DNA of 64,000 nucleotides from an uncultured bacterium (GTDB lineage: Bacteria > Acidobacteriota > HRBIN11 > JAKEFK01), in contig CAVZQN010000001.1 of the NCBI GenBank assembly GCA_963777505.1, positions 288,001-352,000 on the forward strand, written 5' to 3'. This document shows, one piece after another, positions 22,661 through 31,800 of the stretch. Numbering within the stretch: the first letter of the stretch is position 1; every line of letters starts with the position of its first letter. Both the position numbers and the translations under genes were made by a program. The notes beneath the pieces were generated by a model. It was not told the origin of the DNA. It worked only from the letters and a program-made list of their open reading frames with translations, and did not search any database.

Positions 22661-23449
22661 TTGAACAAGATAACAATTTTCATTCTGTTTTTCCTGGCAG
22701 TCTGCACTGCATCCGCACAGATTGCGGATCGGCTGACAGACAAGGACATCAGAGCGCTCATTGAAACGATTGAACAAGATCGTGATCGCTTCGAGGAGTT
22801 ACTGGAAGATAAGATGAAGAATGCCTGGTATCGCAGCCCAAAAGGTGAAATGAAAATAGCTCTTGTTCTGGATGACTTGAGAAAAAATGTGAAGGCCATG
22901 AAGGAAAGTTTTACGAAAGATTACTCAGCGAGTAACGAAGCGGCGAACACATTCCGGCACGCTACAATCATCGATAGTTTCATCAAAGAACATCCGGACA
23001 CTAAAGCGGCAACTGAGTGGGAACATTTTTCCGTTAATCTTCGAACATTAGCCTATGCTTACGGAACGGATTTTCCGTTGCCTGCCGATGCTACGGTCCG
23101 AAGAATTAATGATCTTGAAACAGCGATGGCAGCAGACGCACTGATAAGGACGGCGAAGCAGTTTAAGAAAGAAGTTGAACGCAACAACACCGTTCCAGAA
23201 GAAATGAAGGAAGCATACAAACGCGATACTGAAGAATTAATCAAGCAAGCCATAACTGTGAGAGCGCGTACATGGGATTCCAAGCCTGCAAACATGGAAG
23301 CAAAAGCAATCATGGATCTTGCAATGCAAATTGGGCAATCACTTCAACGCGATCAGATTTCTTCATCAATTACTTCCGCATGGAATTCGATGCAGGCATC
23401 CTTGCAGAAACTTTCATCTGCTTACGGAATGACTGTTCGTGGGTCGTAG
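22661..23449 (+). CDS. Secreted alpha-helical hypothetical protein
   Basis: RBS GGGAG; signal peptide ending ASA-Q; two similar helical halves ending LAYAYG / LSSAYG. Confidence 0.7.
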   Translation: MNKITIFILFFLAVCTASAQIADRLTDKDIRALIETIEQDRDRFEELLEDKMKNAWYRSPKGEMKIALVLDDLRKNVKAMKESFTKDYSASNEAANTFRHATIIDSFIKEHPDTKAATEWEHFSVNLRTLAYAYGTDFPLPADATVRRINDLETAMAADALIRTAKQFKKEVERNNTVPEEMKEAYKRDTEELIKQAITVRARTWDSKPANMEAKAIMDLAMQIGQSLQRDQISSSITSAWNSMQASLQKLSSAYGMTVRGS

Positions 23450-23483
23450 CCCTTAATTGATTCTTATTAATAGCACATCGGTA

Positions 23484-24128
23484 TTATCCAAGCAGGCCTT
23501 TCTTTGCGGCCCAACGCATTAATTCCGATGAGCTGTGGACATTTAGCTTTCGCATCAAATGTGTGCGGTGATTATCAACGGTTTTCGGTGAGATGAATAA
23601 CATTTCGGCAATTGTTTTGTTCGTATGACCTTCCAAAATGAGCTGCAAAATTTCTCTCTCACGATTGTTCAATCTTTCGTAAGGATCTTCTTCTTGCGAA
23701 GTCACATCTCTGTATGATTCCGCCAAAATTTTTGAAATCTGCGGACTGAAAAAAGCTTTTCCTGCAACTGCATTGCGAATCGCTTCAATCACATCTCGTG
23801 CAGCTGAATCCTTGAGCAAATAACCAGAGACCCCGCTGCGAATCATCTTCAAAGTGTATTCCTCTTCCTCATGCATCGTGAGAATGATGATTTTCGTTGC
23901 AGGATGTTCTTTCTTCAAACGTCTTGCGACTTCCAATCCGCTGAGTTTCGGCATACTTAGATCAAGGAGCACTACAAGAGGATGAAGTTGCTCCACTTTT
24001 TTCATCGCTTCCAAACCATCTGAAGCTTCTCCAACAACCTGAATGTCATTGCACGTTTCCAGGATCTTCATCAGGCCGTCCCGAAAAAGACGATGATCAT
24101 CGGCAATCAAAACAGTAATTTTATCCAC
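23484..24128 (-). CDS. NarL/LuxR-family response regulator
   Basis: IADDH, LLDLSMP, YLLK receiver; LNNREREIL...ISPKTVDNHR..LMRKL HTH. Confidence 0.93.
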   Translation of the reverse strand: MDKITVLIADDHRLFRDGLMKILETCNDIQVVGEASDGLEAMKKVEQLHPLVVLLDLSMPKLSGLEVARRLKKEHPATKIIILTMHEEEEYTLKMIRSGVSGYLLKDSAARDVIEAIRNAVAGKAFFSPQISKILAESYRDVTSQEEDPYERLNNREREILQLILEGHTNKTIAEMLFISPKTVDNHRTHLMRKLNVHSSSELMRWAAKKGLLG

Positions 24129-25173
24129 GATGAACTTTCCTTTTCGTTTCGCTTTTGCTTACTGGAAGCCGAAGCTGTAGCACGGTTCCCTGGTTCAAAG
24201 TTGAACTAATCGTAAATTTGCCACCAAGAAGCGTAACTCGATCTCGCATTCCTTGGATTCCTGATCCTTTCAATTCAGATGAAGAGTCCAGAGTGAAGCC
24301 TTTTCCATCATCACAAATCTCCAGAACAATTCCGGATGACGAATCCAACAGTTTCACGCTTACATTTTGTGCACCGGAATGTTTCAGAATATTATTCAAC
24401 CCTTCTTGTGTAACTCGAAACAGCATGGTTTCAATTTCACGATCCAGTTGTTGCTCGAGTTCTGCAGTGAGTGAGATTTGAATTCCAGTTCTTTCTGAAA
24501 ATGACTTTACATACGAGCGAAGCGTCGGTAGCAAGCCCAGGTCATCCAGTATTGTTGGCCGCAACAAACGGGATAAATGCCGTACTTCTTCAAGTGTTTG
24601 TTGAGTGAGCGTTCTTGCCTCATTGATGACTGCGTCCGTTGCAGATGGATCCTTTGCAATCAAATCCAAATGAATTTTAATGGCTAAAAGCGCTTGACCA
24701 ACCCCATCGTGAAGTTCTCGCGAAATTTTGGCGCGCTCTTCTTCTTGCATTCTTAAAATGCCTCTTGAAATGCTGCTCATCCTATTTTCATTCGCAAGCA
24801 ATTGTTCAAAGAGTTGTGAGTTTCGTTTCGCAAGCTTTTCTCCCTCTTCTGAAAAACCTCGTAGTGTCGCCTCGAGACGAATTTTTTCGTCAATAAAATC
24901 CAATAGTTCGAGAAGTGGTTTCAGTTGTTCCTTGGCGGCCTCATACTCTTTTTCGCTGACATACATCAACTTCAAAACAGATCCATTAGGATTTGAGAAT
25001 TTCAAAATGAATTCTGAACTCGTTGAAGAATTCATTTCGGCTAAAGTTGTCTGATCAGGATCGATCCATTGGCCGGCTTTTGCTGCAGTTTCTTCACAAA
25101 TCGCAGAAAGGATCTTTTGGTGAGTCAGCGGTCTTGTTTTCAAGCATTTCAGAAGTGCGTGAAGAAGATCCAT
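24121..25173 (-). CDS. Cytoplasmic HisKA_3 sensor histidine kinase
   Basis: EEERAKISRELHDGVGQAL, QEGLNNILKHS, DDGKGF, GSGIQGMRDR; no TM segments. Confidence 0.9.
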   Translation of the reverse strand: MDLLHALLKCLKTRPLTHQKILSAICEETAAKAGQWIDPDQTTLAEMNSSTSSEFILKFSNPNGSVLKLMYVSEKEYEAAKEQLKPLLELLDFIDEKIRLEATLRGFSEEGEKLAKRNSQLFEQLLANENRMSSISRGILRMQEEERAKISRELHDGVGQALLAIKIHLDLIAKDPSATDAVINEARTLTQQTLEEVRHLSRLLRPTILDDLGLLPTLRSYVKSFSERTGIQISLTAELEQQLDREIETMLFRVTQEGLNNILKHSGAQNVSVKLLDSSSGIVLEICDDGKGFTLDSSSELKGSGIQGMRDRVTLLGGKFTISSTLNQGTVLQLRLPVSKSETKRKVHRG

Positions 25174-28100
25174 CTACAGCACCTTCTGAATGGACTTTGA
25201 AATAGTTTTTGCACTTTGACTATGCGCCTCTGCTTTTGTGGCGTCGCCTCTGGCTTTGAAGGCAGCGCTTAAAATTGAATGAAAACGATATTGGTAAGGA
25301 AGAGAGCCGCAAGAATCTGCAGAAGCTAACCCTGATTGCGCTGTTTTGATTGCCTTAATCGGATCACGATTTTCAAGTTGTGAACGGGCCAGCGAATTCT
25401 GAGATTCCAAAATGATCCAAAGATTTCTAAGATCTACAGCCTGAGTGGACGTCCGGCTTAAAATTCGAACTGATTCCTGTGGATTTGATTTTTCAAGCAT
25501 CAAGCCTTTTGTAATTTCAGCCTTTACTCTTCCATATTGATAGTCGTGTTCATTCGCAATCGCCAGTGCGCGATTGATATGACCTTCGGCCTTCGCGGAA
25601 GAATTCTTAGACAAGTAAAGCCGGGCCAACAAGACTTCGTTTTCACATTCCATTTCGAAGCTCTGTATCTCTTTTGCGAGTTGTAATGCCTTATTCAACT
25701 CAGCCTCTGCCGAAGTCAGGTCTCCCATTTCAAGAAAAGTGTTTCCCAATAATCTTGTATACTCTGCAATTCCTTTCTTATCATCTAATTTCTTCAAGAT
25801 TTCGATCGCATCGCGGTACGTATCGATGGCTCCTTTATATCTCCCCTGATATTGATAAATGGTTCCAAGGTTTCCTAGCGAAACTGCAATCGCATTTTCA
25901 TATTTGATTTTCCGGCTCTGCTGTAAAGCATCGAGAAATGATTTCATCGATTGATCGAGTTTGCCTTGATCGAGTTGCAAGAATCCCATGTTTTGCAAAG
26001 ACAGGATGATTCCACTCTCTTCACCAATTTGTTTCCGCAGAGATAAGGCCTGGTTCCAATATACTTCTGCGTCATCATATTGACCGGTGAGAAAATAGAT
26101 TTGGCCTACATTGTCATAGCTTTGCGCTGTGAGCCTGTCATTGCCTATCTGCTTTCGAATTTGCAAGGACTTCTTGTAATATTGCAGCGCTGGTTCAAAT
26201 CTTCCTTGATCTTCGTTCATAACTCCAAACATATTCAGCACATCCGCTTCTCCCGGGGCGTCTTGAAGCTCTGAATATATTTTTTCTGTTCGATTAAGAA
26301 TTTTTGTCGCTTCAGAATATTTCCCCTGATAGGAGTAAATCTTTGCTACATTCGAAAGACTTTTTGCTTCGCCTTTTTTGTTACCAATGCGCTCTTTAAT
26401 TGCAATTGAATCGTTGTAATATCGGATTGCATCATCGTACCTCCCGAGTCTTTCGTATCCAACGCCAATCGCATTCAGCACATCGGCTTTTCCGTATTCA
26501 TTATTGAGCTGTGTTTGAACGGCAAGAGCCTTCAACAGATATTCATGAATACCTTTTTCGGCTTCACCCATCAAAACAGTATCTTTTCCCAGGTGGAATG
26601 CAGCTTGTGGATGATTTGGATCGATTGAAATCAGCTTTGTAAGTGTTGTCGCGGCATTTTTCAAATCACCTTTTTCTTCATAGGTTGTGGCTAGCTGAAA
26701 CAGTGCCTCTGAATTATTCGGATCCTTCTGACACAGAGCGTTGTACTTTTCGACGGCTTTATCGAGGTCTCCATTCAAGAGTGAATGGCGGGCTTGTATC
26801 ATCAGCCTGGCTTTTTCATCCTGGGTCCCGATTTGTTGAAGAGCTTTTTCCAGCACACTCAGTGATTGTTCTGGCTCTCCCATTTTTTCCAAAGCAAGAC
26901 TGAGCTGAAGGTGAGCCTTTGCAAAGTTGGGAGCACCTTTTAATGCTTGCTCATAAAATTTCGTAGCTTCCAAAAACTTTCCCATTCGATATTGATCATT
27001 CCCCTGGTGGAAAAATTTCAGGGATTGCACGGACAGCTGTGGAGTTTTTGTTGCGGATTCGGTTGAACTTTTTCCTTGTTGAAATTTTTCCCGGATTTGT
27101 TGCGCCAGACTCTCGGTCATTTTGAAAACATCATCTGGTTTTGCGGCAACGCTCTTAAAATACGTATCATTCCCGGGCTGAGTCATATCGATAACCTTTA
27201 GATCCGCACGAAGCAAACTTCCAGCCTGGACGATTGTTCCCTGAACTACTATTTCTGCATCAAGAATTTCTGCGAGTCGCATCACTGAATTGTCATCAAT
27301 GTTTTGGGAAGAAAATTTCAGATCTTGAAACGTCTGATGAATACGCTCGGAGCTAACCAGTCTAAAACTTTTGTTTTCGAGATCTGTTGCAATGAGATCA
27401 GCCATAGCCGACTCGATCCACTTCATCTCGTCATTTCCCGTACGATTTGCGAATGGAAAGACTGCAACCGATCTTGCCGAAGCCACTTGATCCGTCTTCT
27501 TCGGAGGCTGAGACGGAGAAGCGTAGAACTGACGATACGCAACAATTCCTGCAGCAATGAGAATCAGCACCCCAATGACAATGAAGGCGAATTTCTGATT
27601 GATTTGTACCGGCGTTCTTCTGGCTGTTTGGGTCTTGAGATCGTCAAGTAACGCTCTGCCATTCGTGTAGCGCAAAGCCGGATCCGGATTCAGGCATCGC
27701 TTTATTATTTCTCCATAGTAGGATGGAACATCAGCCTGGACTTTTTTAAGTTTGGACGTTACATCTCCTGGCCCTGTGTTTCGAAAGCGATTCACATTTT
27801 GATTATCAAAAGGAAGTTCACCGGCGACCATTTCATACAGGATTAGACCAAGAGAGTACACATCGCTTCTCGTATCGATATGTTCCCCGCGCGATTGCTC
27901 CGGTGATAAATAGGCGGGAGTTCCAATGATGTGACCAGTTTCGGTTCCGCCGGAAAATTCCAACGAACGAGCAATTCCAAAATCGGTAACAAACACCCTG
28001 CCGTTTTCGTCCAGTAGAATGTTCGCTGGTTTTAGATCACGATGAACCACACCTTCTTCGTGCGCTACAGCAACGGCTTCACACAACTGCAAAGCAGTTG

Positions 28101-28500
28101 ATTCCGCCCTCTGCATTGGAAATGCGCCATCTTCTTTCAAGACCTCCTTGAGTGATTTGCCTGGAATAAAAGACATGGTGAGATATTTTTCACCATCCGC
28201 CTCACCAATATCATGAATCCGTACAACATTTCTGTGGGAGACTTTCCTGGCATTTAATAATTCGTTTTTGAATCGATCAATCGTGTTTTGGCTTTCCAAA
28301 AGATCTTTGCGGATTACTTTCAAAGCTACTTCGATATTCAGTTCATTATCATGCGCCAAATACACACGACCCATTCCTCCCGAGCCAATCAACCGGATTA
28401 TTTTGTAACGTGAGCCGAGGGTTGAGCCAGGTTTTAGCTTTTGAATGGAATCGTAGTAAGTGGATGTTTGATCAGGGCGTGGAGGTTGATCTTGCGGCAT
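25174..28500 (-). CDS. Membrane Ser/Thr kinase with TolB-N-like domain and long extracytoplasmic TPR array
   Basis: GSGGMGRVY, HRDLKPAN, DFGIAR, YLSPEQ; one TM; SVAVFPFANRTG; many TPRs. Confidence 0.9.
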   Translation of the reverse strand: MPQDQPPRPDQTSTYYDSIQKLKPGSTLGSRYKIIRLIGSGGMGRVYLAHDNELNIEVALKVIRKDLLESQNTIDRFKNELLNARKVSHRNVVRIHDIGEADGEKYLTMSFIPGKSLKEVLKEDGAFPMQRAESTALQLCEAVAVAHEEGVVHRDLKPANILLDENGRVFVTDFGIARSLEFSGGTETGHIIGTPAYLSPEQSRGEHIDTRSDVYSLGLILYEMVAGELPFDNQNVNRFRNTGPGDVTSKLKKVQADVPSYYGEIIKRCLNPDPALRYTNGRALLDDLKTQTARRTPVQINQKFAFIVIGVLILIAAGIVAYRQFYASPSQPPKKTDQVASARSVAVFPFANRTGNDEMKWIESAMADLIATDLENKSFRLVSSERIHQTFQDLKFSSQNIDDNSVMRLAEILDAEIVVQGTIVQAGSLLRADLKVIDMTQPGNDTYFKSVAAKPDDVFKMTESLAQQIREKFQQGKSSTESATKTPQLSVQSLKFFHQGNDQYRMGKFLEATKFYEQALKGAPNFAKAHLQLSLALEKMGEPEQSLSVLEKALQQIGTQDEKARLMIQARHSLLNGDLDKAVEKYNALCQKDPNNSEALFQLATTYEEKGDLKNAATTLTKLISIDPNHPQAAFHLGKDTVLMGEAEKGIHEYLLKALAVQTQLNNEYGKADVLNAIGVGYERLGRYDDAIRYYNDSIAIKERIGNKKGEAKSLSNVAKIYSYQGKYSEATKILNRTEKIYSELQDAPGEADVLNMFGVMNEDQGRFEPALQYYKKSLQIRKQIGNDRLTAQSYDNVGQIYFLTGQYDDAEVYWNQALSLRKQIGEESGIILSLQNMGFLQLDQGKLDQSMKSFLDALQQSRKIKYENAIAVSLGNLGTIYQYQGRYKGAIDTYRDAIEILKKLDDKKGIAEYTRLLGNTFLEMGDLTSAEAELNKALQLAKEIQSFEMECENEVLLARLYLSKNSSAKAEGHINRALAIANEHDYQYGRVKAEITKGLMLEKSNPQESVRILSRTSTQAVDLRNLWIILESQNSLARSQLENRDPIKAIKTAQSGLASADSCGSLPYQYRFHSILSAAFKARGDATKAEAHSQSAKTISKSIQKVL

Positions 28501-28540
28501 TTAGAATTAACCACCGGGACGCTACGAACCCAATTGTATC

Positions 28541-29494
28541 TTATCTTTCTTCCGCCAGAGATAACGATGCGAGAACATTCCTTACTGATGTTTGCAATCC
28601 TTCATCGAGCGAACCTTTTTTGTCTACTTCCTTCAAAACAGCAGAAGTCTTTTGAATTAACATCTGAATTTCGCTGCTAACTCGCGCGTTTTCGATAGCG
28701 ATTCCAGCATTGGAAGCAAGTGACTCTAAAACCTGTACGTCCAGCTCGGTCATTTCCAGTTCGCTTTGAATGCTATCGGCATAAAGAAGACCAATGACTT
28801 CGTTTGACATTGCAGGAATTGGAATACAGGTTAATGCTTTGATACCCAGGTCGCGAATGCTTGTATGAAAGCCGAAGGAAGTGTCGCGCTGAGCATTTGA
28901 AATGACAACTGGCGATTTGGATTCCAATGCTTTCTGAATTGCAGTCCGGCTAATGATAAAGGAGTCGGTCTCTATTTCTTGTGATTCAATATTGACGGAC
29001 CTCTTCAATTCCAATCGACCGCTACTCTCCTTTAGTAGAAGAAATCCCCGGTCAGCCTGCGTTAAACTCATTAAAGCCTTCATTATTTCGCTCAGAATTG
29101 AATCAAGCAATTTGCCGGAGTTGATTGAACGATTGAATTCAAGTACAGATTTGAATTTGGTCAGGCTTTGTTCCATGTCCTTCTTCACCTGATCCATTTG
29201 AACATGTTGAAAGATGAGATCGCATCCGGCAATTGTAATCTGATCGTGATCTTTTAAAGGCACTTCGGTGATTGGAAGTCCGTTTACGAGTGTGCCATTT
29301 TTGCTTTTCAGATCTTGAAGGAAATAGTGGTCTCCGTCGTAATGAATTTCTACATGCTGTTTTGAAATACTGGAATGATTCAAAATTAGCTGGCAGTCAT
29401 CGGTTCTTCCAATAATAAATGGATTAGAATCGATTAATACATGCTTGGAAGGCTTGAACGGTTCAGAAATGACCAGTTTGGCCAGAGACATCAA
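28541..29494 (-). CDS. FHA-GAF domain protein
   Basis: FHA motifs IGR, ISKQH, DLKSKNGTLVNG; GAF motifs ADRGFLLL, LTCIPI, IGLLYADS. Confidence 0.87.
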   Translation of the reverse strand: MMSLAKLVISEPFKPSKHVLIDSNPFIIGRTDDCQLILNHSSISKQHVEIHYDGDHYFLQDLKSKNGTLVNGLPITEVPLKDHDQITIAGCDLIFQHVQMDQVKKDMEQSLTKFKSVLEFNRSINSGKLLDSILSEIMKALMSLTQADRGFLLLKESSGRLELKRSVNIESQEIETDSFIISRTAIQKALESKSPVVISNAQRDTSFGFHTSIRDLGIKALTCIPIPAMSNEVIGLLYADSIQSELEMTELDVQVLESLASNAGIAIENARVSSEIQMLIQKTSAVLKEVDKKGSLDEGLQTSVRNVLASLSLAEER

Positions 29495-29506
29495 AACCTC
29501 AGTGGA

Positions 29507-30319
29507 TCATAGCCTTAAGCTGAATATTAGAGTGGCAGCCCTTCTTCGAAGGTCGCCTGCAACATTAATTATAGTGGGATCGTTAGCACGAAATGTATTC
29601 GGAATAGATTGTCCTTCATCAGCCTTAATCAGGTTAATGAAGTCGTTCAGATATGCGACTGCATCGTCAACTGATCCAGAATGGTAGCTTGATTTGGAAG
29701 CAGCCAGCTTATCTTGCAGACTAGCAAGCATATCAGCAGCTATCCTGGATGAATGCGTAGCTAATGCATTTTCCAATTTTGTGTATTTATCAATTACGAC
29801 AGTATTTTTAGTTCTTAGATCGGTGAGGATCAGGAAATCGGAAAAGTCACCACCCGTTCCACGAACGCGGTAACTTCCAATGCCGGAAAATGTTGTAATG
29901 TCGATAAAATTGCCGCCATTAGGAGCAGTAAAGAGACGATACTTAGGATCGAATGAAAGATTGGATGTAGAGAGTTCAATTTCATAGACGCCGGTAAAAC
30001 TCAAAGTACTTGCCGCTGTGGGTGTTATATTAATCAAAATTGGCAATTGAGCAGGAATACTGAACAAGTTTTGAGATCCGATCCGGCCTAATAATGTGAG
30101 ATCCAACGGATTGACCTGAGTAACATTGAACAAAAAAGAATTGGAGTTGAGTCCAATTGCATTTTCAAACGTGATCGTAAGGTTAATACTAAATGTTTCG
30201 GCGACTTCAATGGATGCGCTTAGTTCATTATCCTGAACTTCTACTTCAACTACAGGGTTTGAGAAAGAATAAGGAACGAACAAAACCGAAACTAGGAACA
30301 GCAATGCCAGCTTTTTCAT
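29507..30319 (-). CDS. Secreted hypothetical protein (resembles DUF6689 from memory)
   Basis: Signal peptide; beta-rich N-part with GSYRVRGTGGDFSDFLI, helical C-part ending NVAGDLRRRAATLIFSL; first gene of the signalling operon. Confidence 0.65.
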   Translation of the reverse strand: MKKLALLFLVSVLFVPYSFSNPVVEVEVQDNELSASIEVAETFSINLTITFENAIGLNSNSFLFNVTQVNPLDLTLLGRIGSQNLFSIPAQLPILINITPTAASTLSFTGVYEIELSTSNLSFDPKYRLFTAPNGGNFIDITTFSGIGSYRVRGTGGDFSDFLILTDLRTKNTVVIDKYTKLENALATHSSRIAADMLASLQDKLAASKSSYHSGSVDDAVAYLNDFINLIKADEGQSIPNTFRANDPTIINVAGDLRRRAATLIFSLRL

Positions 30320-30537
30320 GATCTACCCCTAAATCAGAATGAAAGTGATTACTGCCACAGAAAATGGAATGATGTCTAATAATATAGGCAGCATCATAAC
30401 ACCTTTCTAGGGTGCATTTCTACCGACGAGGAATAATGCCAGGACAGGCATACTTCCCTCAATTTTCCCTCTTCCTCTACGTATGATATTATCCTCATCG
30501 GGATCTAAATATCGCCACCAAATATAGGGAGTCATTC

Positions 30538-31425
30538 ATGCCAAAAAAAGGGAAAAAGGATAAAGGAAAAAATAGTCAAGATGCAAACGAGGTCTCGTTG
30601 CCTGAGGATTCAAAGAAAAGACGAGAGCTCAGCAAAAAGGAATGTGATAAAGAACTTGCAAAATTGCACGTTGAACTTGTGAAGCTTCAGGAATGGGTAA
30701 AGTACAAAGGTCTAAAGGTAGTTGTCATTTTCGAGGGACGCGACGCCGCAGGAAAAGGAGGAGCGATCAAGCGGATCACGGAAACAATGAATCCACGCAT
30801 CTGCAAAGTGGTTGCGCTCCCTGCACCCACCGAACGGGAAAAGACTCAATGGTATTTTCAACGATACGCCGCACATCTCCCAGCTGCCGGTGAAATGGTT
30901 CTCCTCGATAGGAGCTGGTATAACCGCGCCGGAGTCGAGCGGGTAATGGGCTTCTGTACAGATGCGGAGCATACGGAATTCTTACATTCATGCCCGCAGT
31001 TTGAACGGATGCTGATTCGATCAGGAATTATTCTGATTAAGTACTGGTTTTCAGTCAACGATAAAGAGCAGGAAAAAAGATTTGCCCAACGATTGAATGA
31101 TCCTACAAAACATTGGAAGTTAAGCCCCATGGATTTAGAGTCGTTGACACGCTGGGTGGAGTACTCGAAAGCAAAAGACGAGATGTTTTCTTATACGGAT
31201 ATTAAAGAAGCCCCTTGGTATGTGGTCAATGCTGACAACAAACGGATTGCTCGTTTGAATTTGATCCGTCACTTGTTAAACACGATTCCTTATAAGGATA
31301 TGAAACGCGACAAGATTGAACTGCCACCTCGCAGTAAACGGGGGATGGGTGGATATGTGCGCCCCCCGATGACTCAGCAGACTTTTGTTCCAGAATATTA
31401 TAGTCCTGCTAAAGCCGACGAGTAG
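30538..31425 (+). CDS. ppk2: Polyphosphate kinase 2
   Basis: FEGRDAAGKGG, DRSWYNRAGVERVMGF, WKLSPMD motifs. Confidence 0.95.
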   Translation: MPKKGKKDKGKNSQDANEVSLPEDSKKRRELSKKECDKELAKLHVELVKLQEWVKYKGLKVVVIFEGRDAAGKGGAIKRITETMNPRICKVVALPAPTEREKTQWYFQRYAAHLPAAGEMVLLDRSWYNRAGVERVMGFCTDAEHTEFLHSCPQFERMLIRSGIILIKYWFSVNDKEQEKRFAQRLNDPTKHWKLSPMDLESLTRWVEYSKAKDEMFSYTDIKEAPWYVVNADNKRIARLNLIRHLLNTIPYKDMKRDKIELPPRSKRGMGGYVRPPMTQQTFVPEYYSPAKADE

Positions 31426-31448
31426 TACTATCGATTATAGTACTACTC
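31420..31448. repeat. Perfect 12-bp inverted repeat between convergent ppk2 and dodecin (possible bidirectional terminator or REP-like)
   Basis: GAGTAGTACTAT-cgatt-ATAGTACTACTC. Confidence 0.6.
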
Positions 31449-31492
31449 CGTAGCATAGAACTCCCTTACGGCTGGTAATGCGGAACGGGACA

Positions 31493-31696
31493 TTAGTCCT
31501 TCAGGATAAAGGATACGCGCAAGAAAACACGGTATTCTGTGATCTTTCCTTTTTGGACTACAACCTTTTGATCTTTAATCCAGGCTCCCGTTACATTCGC
31601 AAGAGTCTTATCTGCTCGTTTAACTCCTTGATTTACCGCATCTTCAAAACTCTTTGCAGATGAAGAGATAATCTCAGTCACTTTAGCTATAGCCAT
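31493..31696 (-). CDS. Dodecin-family flavin-binding protein
   Basis: 67 aa AKVTEIISSS.KSFEDAV..G..RA.KTL..V.GAWI......V..GKITEYRV.L.VSF; GGAGG RBS. Confidence 0.9.
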   Translation of the reverse strand: MAIAKVTEIISSSAKSFEDAVNQGVKRADKTLANVTGAWIKDQKVVVQKGKITEYRVFLRVSFILKD

Positions 31697-31800
31697 TCTA
31701 ATTTTCCTCCAAGTTCAATTCATTTGAATGTAGTTCGTGCAACGCATTTATGCCAGCCCCCGCCGCTCAAAACAAATCCATTCAGCATAAGAGCCAGCAG

